In this document: piece after piece, positions 49,635 to 63,755 of the stretch
How the letters are laid out: each line of letters starts with the position of its first letter
Numbering within the stretch: the first letter of the stretch is position 1
Assembly: GCA_964187785.1 (NCBI GenBank)
Contig: OZ076409.1
Span: 96,412,001-96,476,000, forward strand
Direction: 5' to 3'
Length of the DNA stretch: 64,000 nt
Source of the DNA: Amphiscolops sp. MND2022
Lineage: Eukaryota
The notes under the pieces: model-generated
Databases searched by the model: none
What the model saw: only the letters and a program-made list of their open reading frames with translations
What the model was told of the DNA's origin: nothing
Made by a program: the position numbers and the translations under genes

Positions 49635-51289
49635 ACAAGTATATCTTGTATTTCAAAACTTATTTTTAGTAACAATATTTGCTCCCAAACTATTACATTT
49701 TCCAATACGTTGCGGTTTATATTAGTCTGTTAATTTTACGATTTGGGACAGGCCAAATCAATTTGATGATGTGTTTGTTGTAAGATAGAATTAAAATGCA
49801 AGGTTGATTTGATGCAATAATAAACAACAAGCAAGTTAATCGCGAGAAGGAAACGTGTTCAAGTGCGGAAACGTTCTTTCTCGGCGACGTAACTTGTTGT
49901 ACATCGATAACCAATCACATCGTTCCTTTTGAAATATTGGCGCTTTTATTACATAATGGCCGAATAAGGCCTTTTGACTTAACGCAGTGCACGCTTACTG
50001 GTACTCACGTCAAATGGCCGGTTCCGGCCAGTTCATGCATTATAGTATTTTGTTGCCTAAATTAGCAAGTAATTACTCGGAGCTAACTTTCCATGATTTG
50101 AAACTAAATTAAAGCATTTGTAGCGCTTTAATGTCTGTATAACCTTAATCTAAAAGGGTGGACCATTAAGGCCATCTTACCATGCCTCTTTGAAAGCTGT
50201 GTTTTTTATGATTTTGAGCCTATTCTGGCCCTAACATGAAAATGTATTCTCACATATATTTAGATTGTATTGAAACAATATACACGCGATGATACATTCC
50301 TTTCTCAATAAAGCGTGTCGGCACGTGCCTCCACTGCACTCCGCTGTAAAGAATGTGAGCGGAGACATTTGTTGACGCTTTGATATGATGCCTTAGTTAA
50401 TAACTGATTTGATATTTCTGTCTTGATCAAACGACTTTTGAATGCCATTCCCTAAATGTCCCCTAATAATATGCGGTTGTCGGGACATTCCCTGTGAAGT
50501 AATATATCACATGACCCCATTTTTCTTGATTAGTAATGTAAAGTGTGTGAATGTCATCCCCTCACGAGTATATATACCAATACTCGGCCTGAGTGGGACA
50601 CAATTCATTTGAGACGCTACTAATAAAGATTGAATTACAAACGGCTTCGCTGTTATTTTTCCATATTGAATAATTCATTATTAATTCGGAACCGTTTCTA
50701 TGCCTACTACTAGGAAACAGAAAAAGGCAAGAAAGTCAAGAGGACTCGAGATGCTGTCTGATATCGAGAACATAGACATTATGTTAGGTGAAAATCACTT
50801 TAGCGCAAGAGAGAGAGAGAGAGGGTAGTTTGAACAGCAACTTGCCTAGAAGGTCTAGAAGCTTCGCAAGCAATGAATCTGAGAATGAAAATGGAAATGT
50901 AGGTAGAAATCAGAGAAATAATCACTCTAGAAGAAATACCGAATATGATCAGAATTCAGTTACAGCCAACTCTAGTGCTGAGATCAACAGATTGTCCAGT
51001 GAATTAAATTCCCGCATTTCACGGGAAATGGATGAGATGATGAATTCTGTGAGTGTTCAGATTCAAAGGGCCATAAGTGATGCGATAAGTACTCAGGTAC
51101 TTCCTCAAATCCAAAACGTTATTATGGCCGGATCGGGACACGGAACCAGAAAAGGATGGGACGTTCCGTCCGAGAGACCTGAACTAAACTCCGAAGTTCA
51201 GAGAAACCTAAATACAAAAAATAACTCAAGGTATGAACAATATGAGAATCAATTGAATGATGATTACCCTGAGCTAAACGCTCATGACA
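49546..51289 (+). repeat. 3' LTR of element 1 (1744 bp)
   Basis: TGTCGCAGG...CATGACA; includes a second copy of the gag N-terminal ORF from ATG 50700. Confidence 0.93.
50548..50630 (+). promoter_or_regulatory. Putative LTR core promoter (TATA ... GACACAATT) followed by AATAAA
   Basis: A TATA(A/T)A-(~20 nt)-GACACAATT arrangement recurs at ~6295-6340, ~25312-25365 and, as GTCACTAATT, at ~62226-62285 (all minus strand), upstream of the LTR ORF. Confidence 0.55.
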
Positions 51290-54200
51290 GGGGGCATAGT
51301 GAAAGTGATCCAAAACTGCTCAGCAGCCGTGCCTACATCGCGGTATGGGGATACGTGGTGCTTGAAAGTGTCTTTAATGCTACAGAGGTAATTAAAGTAA
51401 CCCTCGTGATTCTCAAGAATTAAAAGTTAAATGTTTAATTTCCTTGAAAAACTTCCGCCGGTAGCCAGCAGTGGAGAACATGAGAACAGTGGCTTAAATT
51501 GTTACTGGTGAACCAAACTTGCCACCAATCGGTAAGATTCTCACTTCTTGAAAAGCGATTATTGTTGTATTCTAAAATATGTACCAGGACAAGAGGTTTG
51601 CCACTAAGAGGAGTTTCCTCATTTCGACCGTTTTATTTTAAGCTATCATAAGCTATGTAACATTTCACTTTAGCATGGTAGAATAGCTTTTGTCAACGAA
51701 AGTTTTGGCCTGTCTATATTTACCGCAAATAGGGTAAACGGTCACATCAGTTTCAACTTTATACCCATGATTACTTCAGATGAGTAAATGAAAATCAATG
51801 TGAATACAACGAGAACGTGTTAGTAGCGCAGTAAGGGAAGGTTTTCGATTTTCATTGCAATTGTGCAAAATGCTGTGTATGCCTACAAGAATTATCGCTG
51901 GAGGCTTAGTAAATTTTCTAGGTTTCATAAACGTTACTATGCAAGCAGGCCTGCAGCATGTAAGATGTTCCAGCAGTCTCGACCAGTGAATAATTAGACT
52001 CAACGAATTTTCCAAATTTTGAACCAAACCACTTTAAAAACACGATAAGTGCAGATTTCAACGAGTATTTTATGTACGGAGACTGAAACAAATTTTTTTT
52101 GAAGCAATTGTTAATTAGGTGTTGAGAACCAGTAAGATAGAGAGAGTCCCTAGTTGAAACTGCTTGAACTTTTTGTGTGTACTTTAATGTTGCCAGCAAC
52201 TTTTATTATGATTTTCTAAAGCTCTTACGGAAATTTTCATGATAAAATATTTCCCTGTTGTATTTGACTTTCATCAATCTGCTTGAAAGATTCATCAATG
52301 TTTTGGCGGCGATTATAAGCCTTTATGTTTTCCAGGTTTCAATAAGCAGCAGCTATAATTATAAAAGCAAAGAAGTTGCTATCAATTTTACCGCTAATTT
52401 AATGCAAAATATCTTCGGTCGCGTAATAAACCGCAAGTTAGCGACATCTTCAGCGTGCTATTTGAGAAGCGGTGATCACATCAGACGACTAGTTGAGAAA
52501 ACAAAGTGTGACTACAAACTGATCGTGTCGGTAATGTATTGGAATTTATTTTCAAGTTTGACTGCTGGAGTGGAAAATGCAGTGTAATTGTACATAATTT
52601 ACCACCCGAAGTTGACTGAATTTTCTAGGTTTTATTAAAAATTCCCTGCATGCAGGCCTGCAGCATGTAAATTTTCCTGCAGTTTCAACTAGAGGTATCA
52701 AGACAATTCAAATTCGAGGCTCTAAATAAAATTCAAAGGTAGTAGCTGTAGCTATAGCTGATCTTATCCGTCGATTTAGTATTTTTGAGTTATCCCCAAG
52801 TCGTTTATGCGCTCCAACTGGTGAACTTTTCCAACCCATTGCGGATAGCGCAAAAATTATCCTTCACAGTGAACGGAATTTTTCCCAGAAAAAGGGACTG
52901 TTCTCATGTTGTTGAGGTATAAACTGATTTCTAATTACACTGGTCCTACACTGTGTTACAATCACTTTACACCATCTAACAATCCTAGCCATTCCAAAAT
53001 TCCAAAACCTTTTTCAAATCGCATCCATTTGCATAATACGTTAGTTGAAATGCACAAAATTTTCAAAAATTTAAACGTTTCATGGCTGAGCTGAGATTGT
53101 CTGAAGTAAATACTCGAAGCTCAGAAAATTTTCAAAAAAATAGATTAAGTTCAAGTCCAATGTTGGAATGTCTTCTTGTCACAAATCCTTTCATCAAGTT
53201 TGAATTTTCAATTTGTGGATTAACAGGCACCTATTGTTTTGTACTAGACTGTGAGATTTTAATATATGCAAATAAGATCTACAAATCTTTTGCAGAATTC
53301 GTTGCAAAAATTGTGCTTTTAGAAAACTAATCGGAATCTGATTTTTTGTTCAAATAGAGTTCCATTGATTTCCAGGTTTTTATAAAGTGCTCCGCTAAAA
53401 AAGATCCATTTTTTCCATGATTTCCATCATCTAAATATCAATTCTTCTCGATAAAAAACACTTATGGTTGATAAAAATATGGATCTTCTGTTCATTCTCA
53501 ATGGGTTTCAATTCATTTAAAAATTAAAACTGCATTTTCACTGAATTTTCAGTTACGCCTTTCTGAATTTCACTTCATGGAAGATCGCTGTTAGCGTGTA
53601 AATTTGAGAGCCTTTAAATCAAAACAACATTTTTTTCTTTTAAAATTTGATCCTTTTGTTAATTCTCAATGGGGTTTCCAATTTAATTTAAATATAAATT
53701 TGCATTTTCACAAAATTTTGGGTAATGCGTTTTTTTGAAAAAAAATCAATTCGGAGAAGCTTGCTATTTGGATGCAAATATGAGCGCTTTCAATCCAACA
53801 TTGGATTGTGTAAAATAAGAGCTGCTTCTTAATGAAACCTGCAAAACTTCAATGCTTAAAATTGCCGCCAAAACTTTGATGAATCTTTCGAGGAGCTTGA
53901 TAAAAGTCGAATACAACAAGTAAATATTTTCGCATGAAAGTTTCAGTGAGAGTTTTAGAAAATCATAATAAAAGCGACTGGCAACATTAAAGTACATGCA
54001 AAAAGTTCAAGCAGTTCAAACAAGGGACACAAAAACTTTTTCGCGGCCAAAAAATGAAATCAGTTCTTTTGTTTGCCGCCTTTTTTGTGGATTAAGAAGG
54101 CGTCGAGAATCAAAGCACACAATCAAGTGTTCATATGAAGAATAAATGAACCAGCTGAAAAAACAAATCCGTTCACGCTACAAAAAAAGTTCAACAATAG

Positions 54201-55917
54201 ATACAAATTACTATTGCTATACCAACCGAATACTCTTTCAACCCATCAATTTTTCATGGCTCAAACACTTTGAAAAACTGCATCGCCTCAAACAAGTTTC
54301 AACGCGAGAAAATTTTCCCCAACTTTAGTGAATAAATTACATTATAAATGAGTTTGATTCTCCTTTATTTACGTTTTTGTCCCAAGCGCAGTTTTTGATC
54401 AATATGAATGGACAATAATATGAACAAAAACAATATATTTTTTGGTTTTGATCGCTCAAATCAGTCAATATAAATTTTTCCTCACCTTTCAAAGATTGTT
54501 TCTTTATTTGCCATTTTCTGGAGAAAAAAACATTTTCGAAAACAAAAAAAGTTTGACCTCATTTTTTCTGGTTCACTGTTGAGTCTAGCGATGCAAAATC
54601 CAAAAAAAATCTGATTGTGTTTTAATTGTTACTACATGCACGCTACGTAAGTCATGAGTGATTCTTGTATTTTTTGCAAGACGCCAGAGCTTTGATCAAA
54701 GGAGGCTCCATGAAAACTACAAAACCAGGTGTAATTTCCAAGGTGTTTTATGCGATGTTGTCTGGTTTGTTTTTCGAGCTAGAAAATTACTAGTATGAAC
54801 AAAGGTGTAATTTACGTGGCACCTTGACTCCGATGACTCATAATTTTGTTCGATAAAAAACTTGACATTTTCAGAATTTTATCAAGATCATCGATGCACC
54901 TCTCAGAAGATCACTGATTTTTGTACATTTCTTTGAATATTCTTCGAAAAGAAGACATATTTTGCAGGAAAGTATAATTCATATAAAACAAATAAATGCT
55001 TTTAATATAAGGTTTCTCTATATTTTTGCCGAACATTTCATCTCAAAAAGAGCTACATGCTAGCTGATATCAGCCATCAAATGAAAAAAACTTCACGAAC
55101 GAAACTGACGGACCATGATTCTTATCCCCCAAGCGGCCGGGGGGGTTGTGGAAGGTGGTTAAAAGGGAACAAGTTTCAAACACCATTATGTCAACATCGC
55201 ATCGTTTGCGTTGAAAGTTTGGTCCAATAAAATAGTTGATGTCGACATAATTCTACATTCACTGCCAGTTGAAAGTTGCTCATTAGATTTTATGGCGGAC
55301 AAATTTGAGTTCATTTAGTGGCCTTTTTATACGATTTTAGCTTGTTCCAAAGGTGAAAGGTTGCTATTTTGGACAATAATATCAAAAAACTAAGGTCGTT
55401 TTTTGTTGGAAGTGTCATAAAAGCTGTAGAGACAATCGGCGAAGTATTTACAACCATATAAAATTCTCTTATGAGTGAAACAAATTTCTTCAAGAATAAA
55501 ATGTTTTTTTTGCGTTGAGGGGAGAGGAAATGTTCTATTTCCGCTTGGTAAGGTAAAACAATTTTAATACTGATCTATCTTTTATGCCAACCTGTACTTT
55601 ATATATTCAATTGCAACAATGGTTCCGTATCAAAACTAATCTAATGTACATATGTATATAAATATGTAACAACAAAAAAGAGGAACAATTTTAGTCTGTT
55701 GTTCAATGTTCTTTTTCAGTTTTATTGGCATTTCAATGAACCGAATAATAAGTTCGGACGCGGTAGTTCACGCGGTACGGTCAGGAGCTTCGCTTCATGA
55801 TGTGACTAATACAATCAGAGGTGTCAATTGAGACTAGTAATTTGAACAAAAACTGACCACGGCTTAAGCAAAATGAGATTGCGAAGAAACCAGGAAAACT
55901 TGATGTTGCTCAGTTTA

Positions 55918-56797
55918 CCCAGTGTAAAAACTCTTGGATTTCTTACTAAGATCTTGGATTTTTCTACAAAATCTCGCTACCTCTTGAATTTCTTGATAAG
56001 ATCTTGGAATCTTGGAAAATCTTACTACTTCCAAAAAATCTTGAACTTCTTGACAAGAATCTTGCCGAGATTCATATCAAGAAATCCAGGAGGTGAAATT
56101 TTCGATTAGTTCAAAATTTAGTGCGATTTCACAAATTGTTGGATTAGGGCTTGTTTACAGTAATTTTGGGCCATGTTATGGAAAAATCTTTTAAAATTAC
56201 CTTTTTTATCTGCGAATTTACGGCCAATTTCAAGAGCCAATCGTCTGCAACTACCAATTCAGCAACTTTTCAATCTTATGTGATCAATTTTTGGTCTGAA
56301 ACATGTAATTTTTAGATCCCATATCCATACTAATTGGATCTTGTTTTCAATCCTTTTAGATCATATTTTTCCTTGATTCAGATCTAATTTGCAATTGTGA
56401 AAGCAGATCTCAGTATCTTTCCAACTTCATCTGCATTTTTAAAATCTTTTATGATCATATTTGGGCATGAAACTTGTCATTTTTAGATCGTAATTTCATA
56501 ATGATGAATATTTTTGGATACTTAGTAGCTCATTGTCGAGACTTCTGAAGGTTTTATGATGACTGAGGTTCTAAACGGAATCTTGATTCCTCTTGCATTT
56601 TTGCATTTTCTTGCCTATTCTTGGTTTTTCTTGAAACTCTTGATAAGAATCTTGGGATTTCTTGAATTGCTTGTGACGAGCTTGCAATATGTTGCAAGTT
56701 CTTGGATTTCTTGGTAAGAAATTTGGCAAGATTCTTGCCCAGAAATCCAAGAATGTCCAAGATTCTTATCAAGAGTTCTAAGAATTTTTACACTGGG
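55918..56797. mobile_element. TA-flanked MITE with TCTTG-rich subterminal repeats
   Basis: TA|CCCAGTGTAAAAACTCTTGG ... CTAAGAATTTTTACACTGGG|TA. Similar AAGATCTTG arrays occur at ~1505-1600 and around the element 2 insertion site. Confidence 0.75.
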
Positions 56798-56864
56798 TAC
56801 ACCTAACTTTAGACTGAAATACCGTAATAAGTATAGTTAGGACATGGATATTTGAACGAGCGTG

Positions 56865-57394
56865 TTTTTAGTCGGCGTTTTCGAAGACAATCCCGACTCT
56901 TACAGTGGCTAGTTTTTTTCGTCAGTTCAACGCGAGACGTCCACTTTTTGTGCATTAATGCGCATTTACCAACTTTTACCATATGTACTTAGTACTTCAT
57001 TTTCAACGCATCCAAAGCCTCTAACATGAGATAAAAAGCCATTCCAAAGCAGAAGGGTCCATTTTTTCGACACTATGAGCCTTTCCTCCTTTTTGCGGCA
57101 CTGTGAGACTGATTTTTTTCCGAAATTTTTTTATTGTTCCTCCCATCAATTTTTGATATTTTGCAACAGAATGGATGTTCAAAAAATCCCAAAGCGTCCA
57201 CCCTTTTACATTTTTCGGCACTATGCGACTTACGGGAAACTTCAAAAAAAAATTTCGAAAAAAAATTCGGATTTTTTTCTCAATTTTAGTTTTTTGAGAG
57301 CTTTTGTTGTCTCCAGTTGTAGAAAAAGTGGTTTTCGTTTTCGAGTCTTTTTGAGCCCTAGATATGGCGCCGACTTGGGCTGTTCCCGGTGTTT
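56865..57394 (+). mobile_element. HINE-like repeat, copy 7
   Basis: TTTTTAGTCGGCG ... GGCGCCGACTTGGGCTGTTCCCGGTGTTT. Confidence 0.65.
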
Positions 57395-60300
57395 AGACAT
57401 GACATGTCAGTAGCGTCTTGGACAATTAGGCCACAATCGTATCAATTTTGGGGGCGATGTAATTCAGGAGGTGCAACTTAGTGGAGCTATGCGTCGACTC
57501 AAATATTAACCCTCTCAAACACATAAAAGCAGCCTTATCATGAAGTATTCTTTCAATTTACAAAAGAGCAATCTTAATGACTTTAGCCTAGCGGCTCGAT
57601 GATATAACCGAATGGTAACATAGAATAATTTGCATGCACCGACTTTTATATACTCTGATCGGTTGCAAAGTTACATAATAGTTTCATCATTTAAAGCGCA
57701 CTGTCGAACGGAGCGACCAATCACAATTGAGGATTCAATTCGTTTCTGCTAGAAATTGTTTCTGCATTATTATCGAACGGTTGTGCTCCCTATCACCGAT
57801 ACCTTCGATCAAAAAGTTCCTATTTTGAGTTTCTTGTTCCTTTGTTCCTATTCTGAGTTTGCTGTTTTGTAGGTCTCCTTCTAGACGTGACTAATTTTCC
57901 AGTTGGCTGCATAATGTAATATAGGTATGCAATATTTTTAATCAACTTTTTGTATCTGAAGATATCATTTTGTTTGTAGTTGGTAAATGGGTCAAGAAAA
58001 CTGTCGTCAACTGGTGCCCAATCAGATTTGGTCTAGGGATCTATCGCGGACTCCTTTATGAGGGGCGGAGCGAATGGTTTTTAATATTTTCCAACACTTT
58101 TATGAACCGCGCAGGGGAAGACAAAAAAATGCGAAGATATGACAAAAAGGAATTGAGAAATGGAAACGGATCTGATATTTGTTCAAGCCGCAATGTTACA
58201 ATTCGCAATCGCATTAGTGTAAACATAGGGGCAGGTATTTGAGCTGATATTCTTTTTATACTTCATATACTTCATATACTTTATATACACCCCCTCGCGT
58301 TAGCTGCTGTGTGAATGCCTAAGTGGGGTTTAACAGGTAATTATAGAAATGAATTGCAGGGCGGATCTAGCTGCGCAATCAGGAAATGAAATGATAAGTG
58401 GACTCGGAAAGGGCAAATTGCTTATTGCGCAATCACTTTATCCATTGCGGAAATGCCACCAGTTGCTCCAATTCTCATGTCCTTCTGTTTACCAACATCC
58501 ACTCTGTTTACCAACAAGAGTCGCCTTTTTTGACATGTATCATTAACTTGTAAATATAAAGTTTGTATATTTTTGTTCAAGGTAACGGATGCAGTAAGAG
58601 TTTAACAAGTTAGATCCAATGTTTTTGCAGTAGAATTTTCCCGACAAAAATAACGCAACTTCTGCTTTAGAAATGAATTCAATTTTTCTCTCGCGCGCAA
58701 CAAACATGTTATACAGTTAAAATTATTAACAAAAATGGTATCTAGTTAATTGGGATTTTAAAAATGACAAGTTTTCAAAATTCACACAAATTTAATCACT
58801 CGAAAAATGAATTTTTGAAGCAGTGATTCATTTTGCTGTCGAATTCCGAATTTTCAATTGATTCATACGCAGATTATGATCACACGTATAAGGCATTCAA
58901 ACAAGGGCCCGCTTGGGACGGGATAATTTTCACCCTGGAATATTTTAGCAACAACGTATTTTAACCCTAAGTGGGCCAGGAAGTATCCGAATTCATCCAA
59001 AAATCGGGTGCTTAAACTTTGAACCGCAATATCTCTTAAACTATTTAAGACCGACACACGATTTATAGCGCATTCGAAAGAAGACAATCAGGGCTTTCAT
59101 TTTTATTTTTAAACTGCTGGGTTGGGGGCCGCACTGGCTCCGAACGTTGCGCCAAAGCTTTGCACGCCTCGGGTCTCTGACTGCATTTCAGCATGTTCGA
59201 AAACATGCTAGGTGTACCTTGGTCCAATCTTGATACCAGTGGGATTAGGTGGCTACAAACGAAAACTGGAAAAACGGAAAATCTGCGCTCCATTTGTTTT
59301 TGATTTTTTGATACATCATGTCAATATTTTGTGAAAAGGCATGCAATGCTATGTTATCTCGTCTGAAAATTTTATTCAATACTTTTAAGTTTCTCTACCA
59401 TACGGTCAGCTGGTTCGTTTAGAAGTTTGCAGAAACTTACTGGTACGAATTTGAACCAATTGTCGTCCATTTAGGATTGGAAATCCAAAGATGCAAAAAA
59501 ACTTGTTCCAGAAAATGAAAATGAAAATGAAAATGAAAATTTAATTCAACAGAATGGTTATATGTAACATTTCATAAAACAAAAAATGAAACACGTACAA
59601 CCACTCAGTTGGGACAGAGAATGAGCTTATCAGCTCTTCGACTCTCTACCCCATGGAATCAGTCGTTTTCAAAGTACAATAAAAAAAAAGAAAGTAGAGG
59701 GCATTTTACAGTCCATTTGTGAGGACCGTTATGAATAAATTAAATGGTGTTTTGGTTTTTGATATCAACTTTAACATTTTGCCTAATTCTTCCACGTCAG
59801 GTGATTGGCTTCTAGAAAAAAACGTTTAGCACTTGAAAAAACGCTAGATTCCGAACTTAAAATGAAATGAACAAACATGTTCATTCATAAAAAAACGGTA
59901 GTGTAAAGTAGATTGGTATAAATTGAAAAATAATAAATAGAGTATTAGAAATATTAATCAATCAAACAAAGTAATCAATTAATTTTATGAAGACATACTA
60001 AAGATTCAAATTAAAACGGTAATTTTTAAACTTTTCACAAATTCACAAATTGGTCAGCTTCAAAAGTTTCTTAGAATTTCTTCTAGGATACAGAAATGTT
60101 TGTTTGAAATTTCTAAGAGTTTCCCTTAGTTTACAACAAATATTCGAAGCGCTTAAAAATGTGGAAACTTGGACATTTCAGAATTCAATTTGGCCACTTC
60201 AAAAATGCTTCACATTTCTATAAAGAAGCAAGCTAGGGAGTTAATGGTTTTGTCGCTGAACTTTTTAGGAATTCATCACGACGGAAACACTCAGAACATT

Positions 60301-61558
60301 TTCGAAACTTGCATAAAAATGCCAAAAACGGATAACATGTAGCAAATTGGTATTTTTTTCTCATTTTGGTCTTTTCAATCAGGGACTCAGGGAAAAAGTT
60401 CAAACATATTGGGTAAGAATCGAAATTTTTTTGTCGTTGATTTCCGAGGAAGAAACTCGACCAAAGTTGAATCTGCTGGAACGTTTTTCATGCGGCATTC
60501 ATACATACCAGGATACTTTTTCAAAACATGGAAATTCCGGAAGTCTGCTCGGAAAACATTTGTACAAGTACAATACTGCGTGTACATTTGCACTCAAAGT
60601 GAAAAAAATACTTCTACTTCTTCATTGTCTCAAATACTTTTGTTTTCACACTGTTTTCACACTTCAGTTCCTTAAGTACTCAACTTGTTAAGTCATCGTT
60701 AGTCAAAATGTACGCTGAAAATGACATCACTTCGGAGCTTATACAGTAACGTTCTAAATCATCGCAGCAACTCCATAGCTTAAATGGCAAGTTTTAAATC
60801 CAAATACCTATAACTTTCACAAACACCCAAATTGGTCGGTCAGCTACAAAGGGTTCTTATAATTTCATATGATTCAGAAAAATTTGAAAGACCCATTTTG
60901 GGAAAGTTGGAATTGCAACTATTAGGACAATTTAATTGAAATTGGAGTTTTTTGGATTTTCGAGAGGTCTAAATTCAAACTGTTTGGACATTTTGGTTTT
61001 GTGGAGGCTCCGTATATTTTGGCGAGCATACTGGATTTTTCCTGATCAAAAATATGTTTTGATTCCAAAAAGATACATTCTATTTTGTGCCCAAGCGCAC
61101 TGCAATACAAGCATTAAGATGAGTTATAGACGTTGTATTTGAAAACTTGATGATTTTTATTTGAAATCGAAAAAGTTTTCAATCAAATTATACCAGTGTC
61201 CTCAGAGATTTGCGAGAACCTTTTTGGGAGCATCAGAAGAAAAATTCAATTTTGATTTCTAACTTTTGTAATTTTTTTCCGGAAATTACAAACAAATAAC
61301 CTCGGAAACTACAAAATTCATAGGAACCTGCTGGCAAGTTTTCGTATTCGTGATAGTTTTCAAAATTTTTGGATTTGAAATGGCTAGTTTGATCAATGTA
61401 GTTGCCATATTTTGGATTGCTACTATAAAATGACTTAAGTTGATCTTCATTAAAATCGCGGTAAAGTTGATAAAATCTCAGCTGCATTTGAACTTGGTAC
61501 CATTGGATACTGAAACTTGCACAGTATATTTATATTTTTTCAGTATAACGTTGACTAT

Positions 61559-62740
61559 TGTCGTAAGCTTGTTCGTGGTGGTTGTCAACAAAACAGTCAC
61601 GGACTGGCTCACTTCTCAGGTTGCCTTTAATCCTCTCATTGCGGCAATCTCCGGAATTAAGTTCAGGTCTCTCAACCGGAACGTTCCATCGATTTTGTGT
61701 CAAGTGGCCCGATCCGGCCTTTAGAGCATTTTGTATCTGGGGCAAAACCTGATTGCTTATGGCATCGCTAATTGCCCTCTGAATTTGGATATTGACACTA
61801 TTCATCATGTCATCCATTTCCCTAGACAACCTTGAGTTAAGTTCACTCGACAGTTTGTTGATCTCAGCGTTAGAGTTAACGCTTGCTGAATTCTGATCCT
61901 GACTGGTACTAACACCTGGTCTAGACTCGACATTATTCAATTATACGTTTTCAGCATTGTTTTCAAACATATCACTAGTGACACTTTCTGGTCTTCTAGC
62001 TGAGTTACTGTTTGCGCTTTCCTCTCTTTCAGAATGCCTTTCACCTAGCATTATATCTAGATTTTCAATATCCGAGAGAATCTCTAATCCTCTGGATTTT
62101 CTTGTCTTTTTCTGTTTTCTTGTAGTAGGCATTAAGAATCCGAGTATAATTATTTGAATTATCTATATGTTCGAAAAACTAACAGAGAACTGTTTTGAAT
62201 GTATCTTTATCGAAGTAAAAAATGGAAATTAGTGACTCTCCTAAGAGGGATGTGGGTGTTTATACCCCCGCGAGAGTGACACTCACATTCTTTACATTTT
62301 TCGATTAAGGAAAATCACAAGGAAGCATAAGGATCATAAGGAAGCATCGATGATTGCCTTCAATTTGGCTGTTAATGGGACTACTACATCAAAGCATCGG
62401 TCAAACCAAAATATCTAAGCAACTAAATACTGAACATTCCTGGTTAATACTTCATGTTGTCAACAATTCATCATCACAATACTGCTGAGGTGCAAATATT
62501 CAAAATATGTAACATCAGCTTCGAGCACGTGGTGGCACGTGAGATTGAAAGTGGGACGTGGGTGAAACAATTTACATGTAGTGGATAATTATGTAGGCCT
62601 AATAGGGCCGGCGTACTCAATATCATCCAGTAATTAAAGACCGGTATAGGACCGGAGTCCAAACTTCATTACTACTATATTAAACCAACAATCAACACTT
62701 CAAAGCATCATTAACAATCCTTTTCATGCTTCATTACTGT
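61559..62740 (-). mobile_element. Truncated LTR of the coding-LTR Gypsy clan (right boundary approximate)
   Basis: Ends GCTTACGACA at 61559. Encodes MPTTRKQKKTRKSRG...SELNSRLSREMDDMM (62132-61559) with one in-frame TAA at 61941-61943. No matching TSD found. Confidence 0.8.
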
Positions 62741-63596
62741 GCCAAAAGTGGGTTAACCGAGCTACACGTGATATTCTACCATTTGAGCAGCTCCGTTTTG
62801 ATTACAATGACCCCATTGCCAATCAACTTTTCCATGAAGATTCTCAACCGATGTTTGACTGATGGAATCGTCAGAAAACTCCGTTTACAAAACACTTTTC
62901 TTTGTTGTGTATTCAATTTTTCACTACTTTCGTTATAATTTCACTTGTATGTAAACACTGATTGCTACAAGTACAAATGTTTGTTTTTCGTAATATCGAA
63001 ACAAAACACCGTTAATTACATTTTCCCTTGCAACGTCTTCTTCACTCGAATTTAGATTTCCATTCATCATTCGGCTTGTAATTCATTTTGAAATTTTGGT
63101 ATCCGCCTTGCGGTATTTGAAAAATGGAAACTAGTTGTACCTAAAATACACTAAAATACACGAAAGAGCTGTGTGTGGAATTTGATGTAGAATTGACAAG
63201 GTCTCCGTTGCAGTCAGCAGTATGCTTGAAGTGAGTTTTCCGGAACCAAAATTTGGTATCCACCATGAGGTAAATGAAAATTGAAAGCTAGTTATACCTA
63301 AAGGTATGTGTGTATAACTAGGTAACTAGCAGGAACTGTGTGTGAAATTTTGATGCCCACTATGATTCAATCAAAGTATGAAAAAATAACAGTCAAACTA
63401 AAGCGGTAAAACGGTGCTTGATTGCGGTAAAAACTCACTGGGAATAATTTGTCAAAAGAAGAAATTCTGAATCCTTCTTTTTGTGACACTTGCTGATTCT
63501 GAAAAAGTTTCTCATTTTCAAAACTGAACTCGTGAAGGAAGGGCACTGAAGTACATGAACTCTTTTTCGATGGTTGATAGTTTTTGTGAGTTGGTA

Positions 63597-63755
63597 TTGA
63601 AATAATTCAGTGAAATAATTAGGTGAAATAATTCAGTGAAATAATTCAGTGAAATAATTCAGTGAAATAATTCAATGAAATAATTCAGTGAAATAATTCA
63701 GTGAATTCCACTAAATACTGCAGTGAAATAATTAGGTGAAATAATTCAGTGAATT
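63597..63755 (+). repeat. 13-bp tandem repeat (TGAAATAATTCAG)n
   Basis: About 11 near-perfect units, grading into GTGGAATCCAC-rich repeats that run to the window end. Confidence 0.9.

Larger units (their letters stand above)
36163..51289 (+). mobile_element. Ty3/Gypsy LTR retrotransposon, 15.1 kb (element 1), with extra sense and antisense genes
   Basis: LTRs TGTCG...TGACA, TSD GGGGG (36158-36162, 51290-51294), PBS, gag, and PR-RT-RH-IN domain order. Confidence 0.95.
35867..51311. mobile_element. ~310-bp GG-terminal MITE (Merlin/Mutator-like) split by element 1
   Basis: TIRs GGATCTCTTTCACTGTATCCCCC (35867) and GGGGGCATAGTGAAAGTGATCC (51290-51311). 8-bp TSD AAAACTGC (35859-35866, 51312-51319). 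Confidence 0.8.

Noticed and set aside
36163..51289. DIRS/tyrosine-recombinase element, suggested by coding terminal repeats
   Set aside because: It has a DDE integrase, an aspartic protease, a tRNA-type PBS and a TSD, and no tyrosine-recombinase motif was seen.
35867..51311. Outer TIRs and 8-bp TSD as the ends of an autonomous hAT element encoding the antisense gene
   Set aside because: The LTR element has its own 5-bp TSD inside the TIR, so the TIRs belong to a pre-existing small MITE. The GG termini are also not hAT-like.
63597..63755. CRISPR-like array
   Set aside because: The units are head-to-tail with no unique spacers, and the context is eukaryotic.
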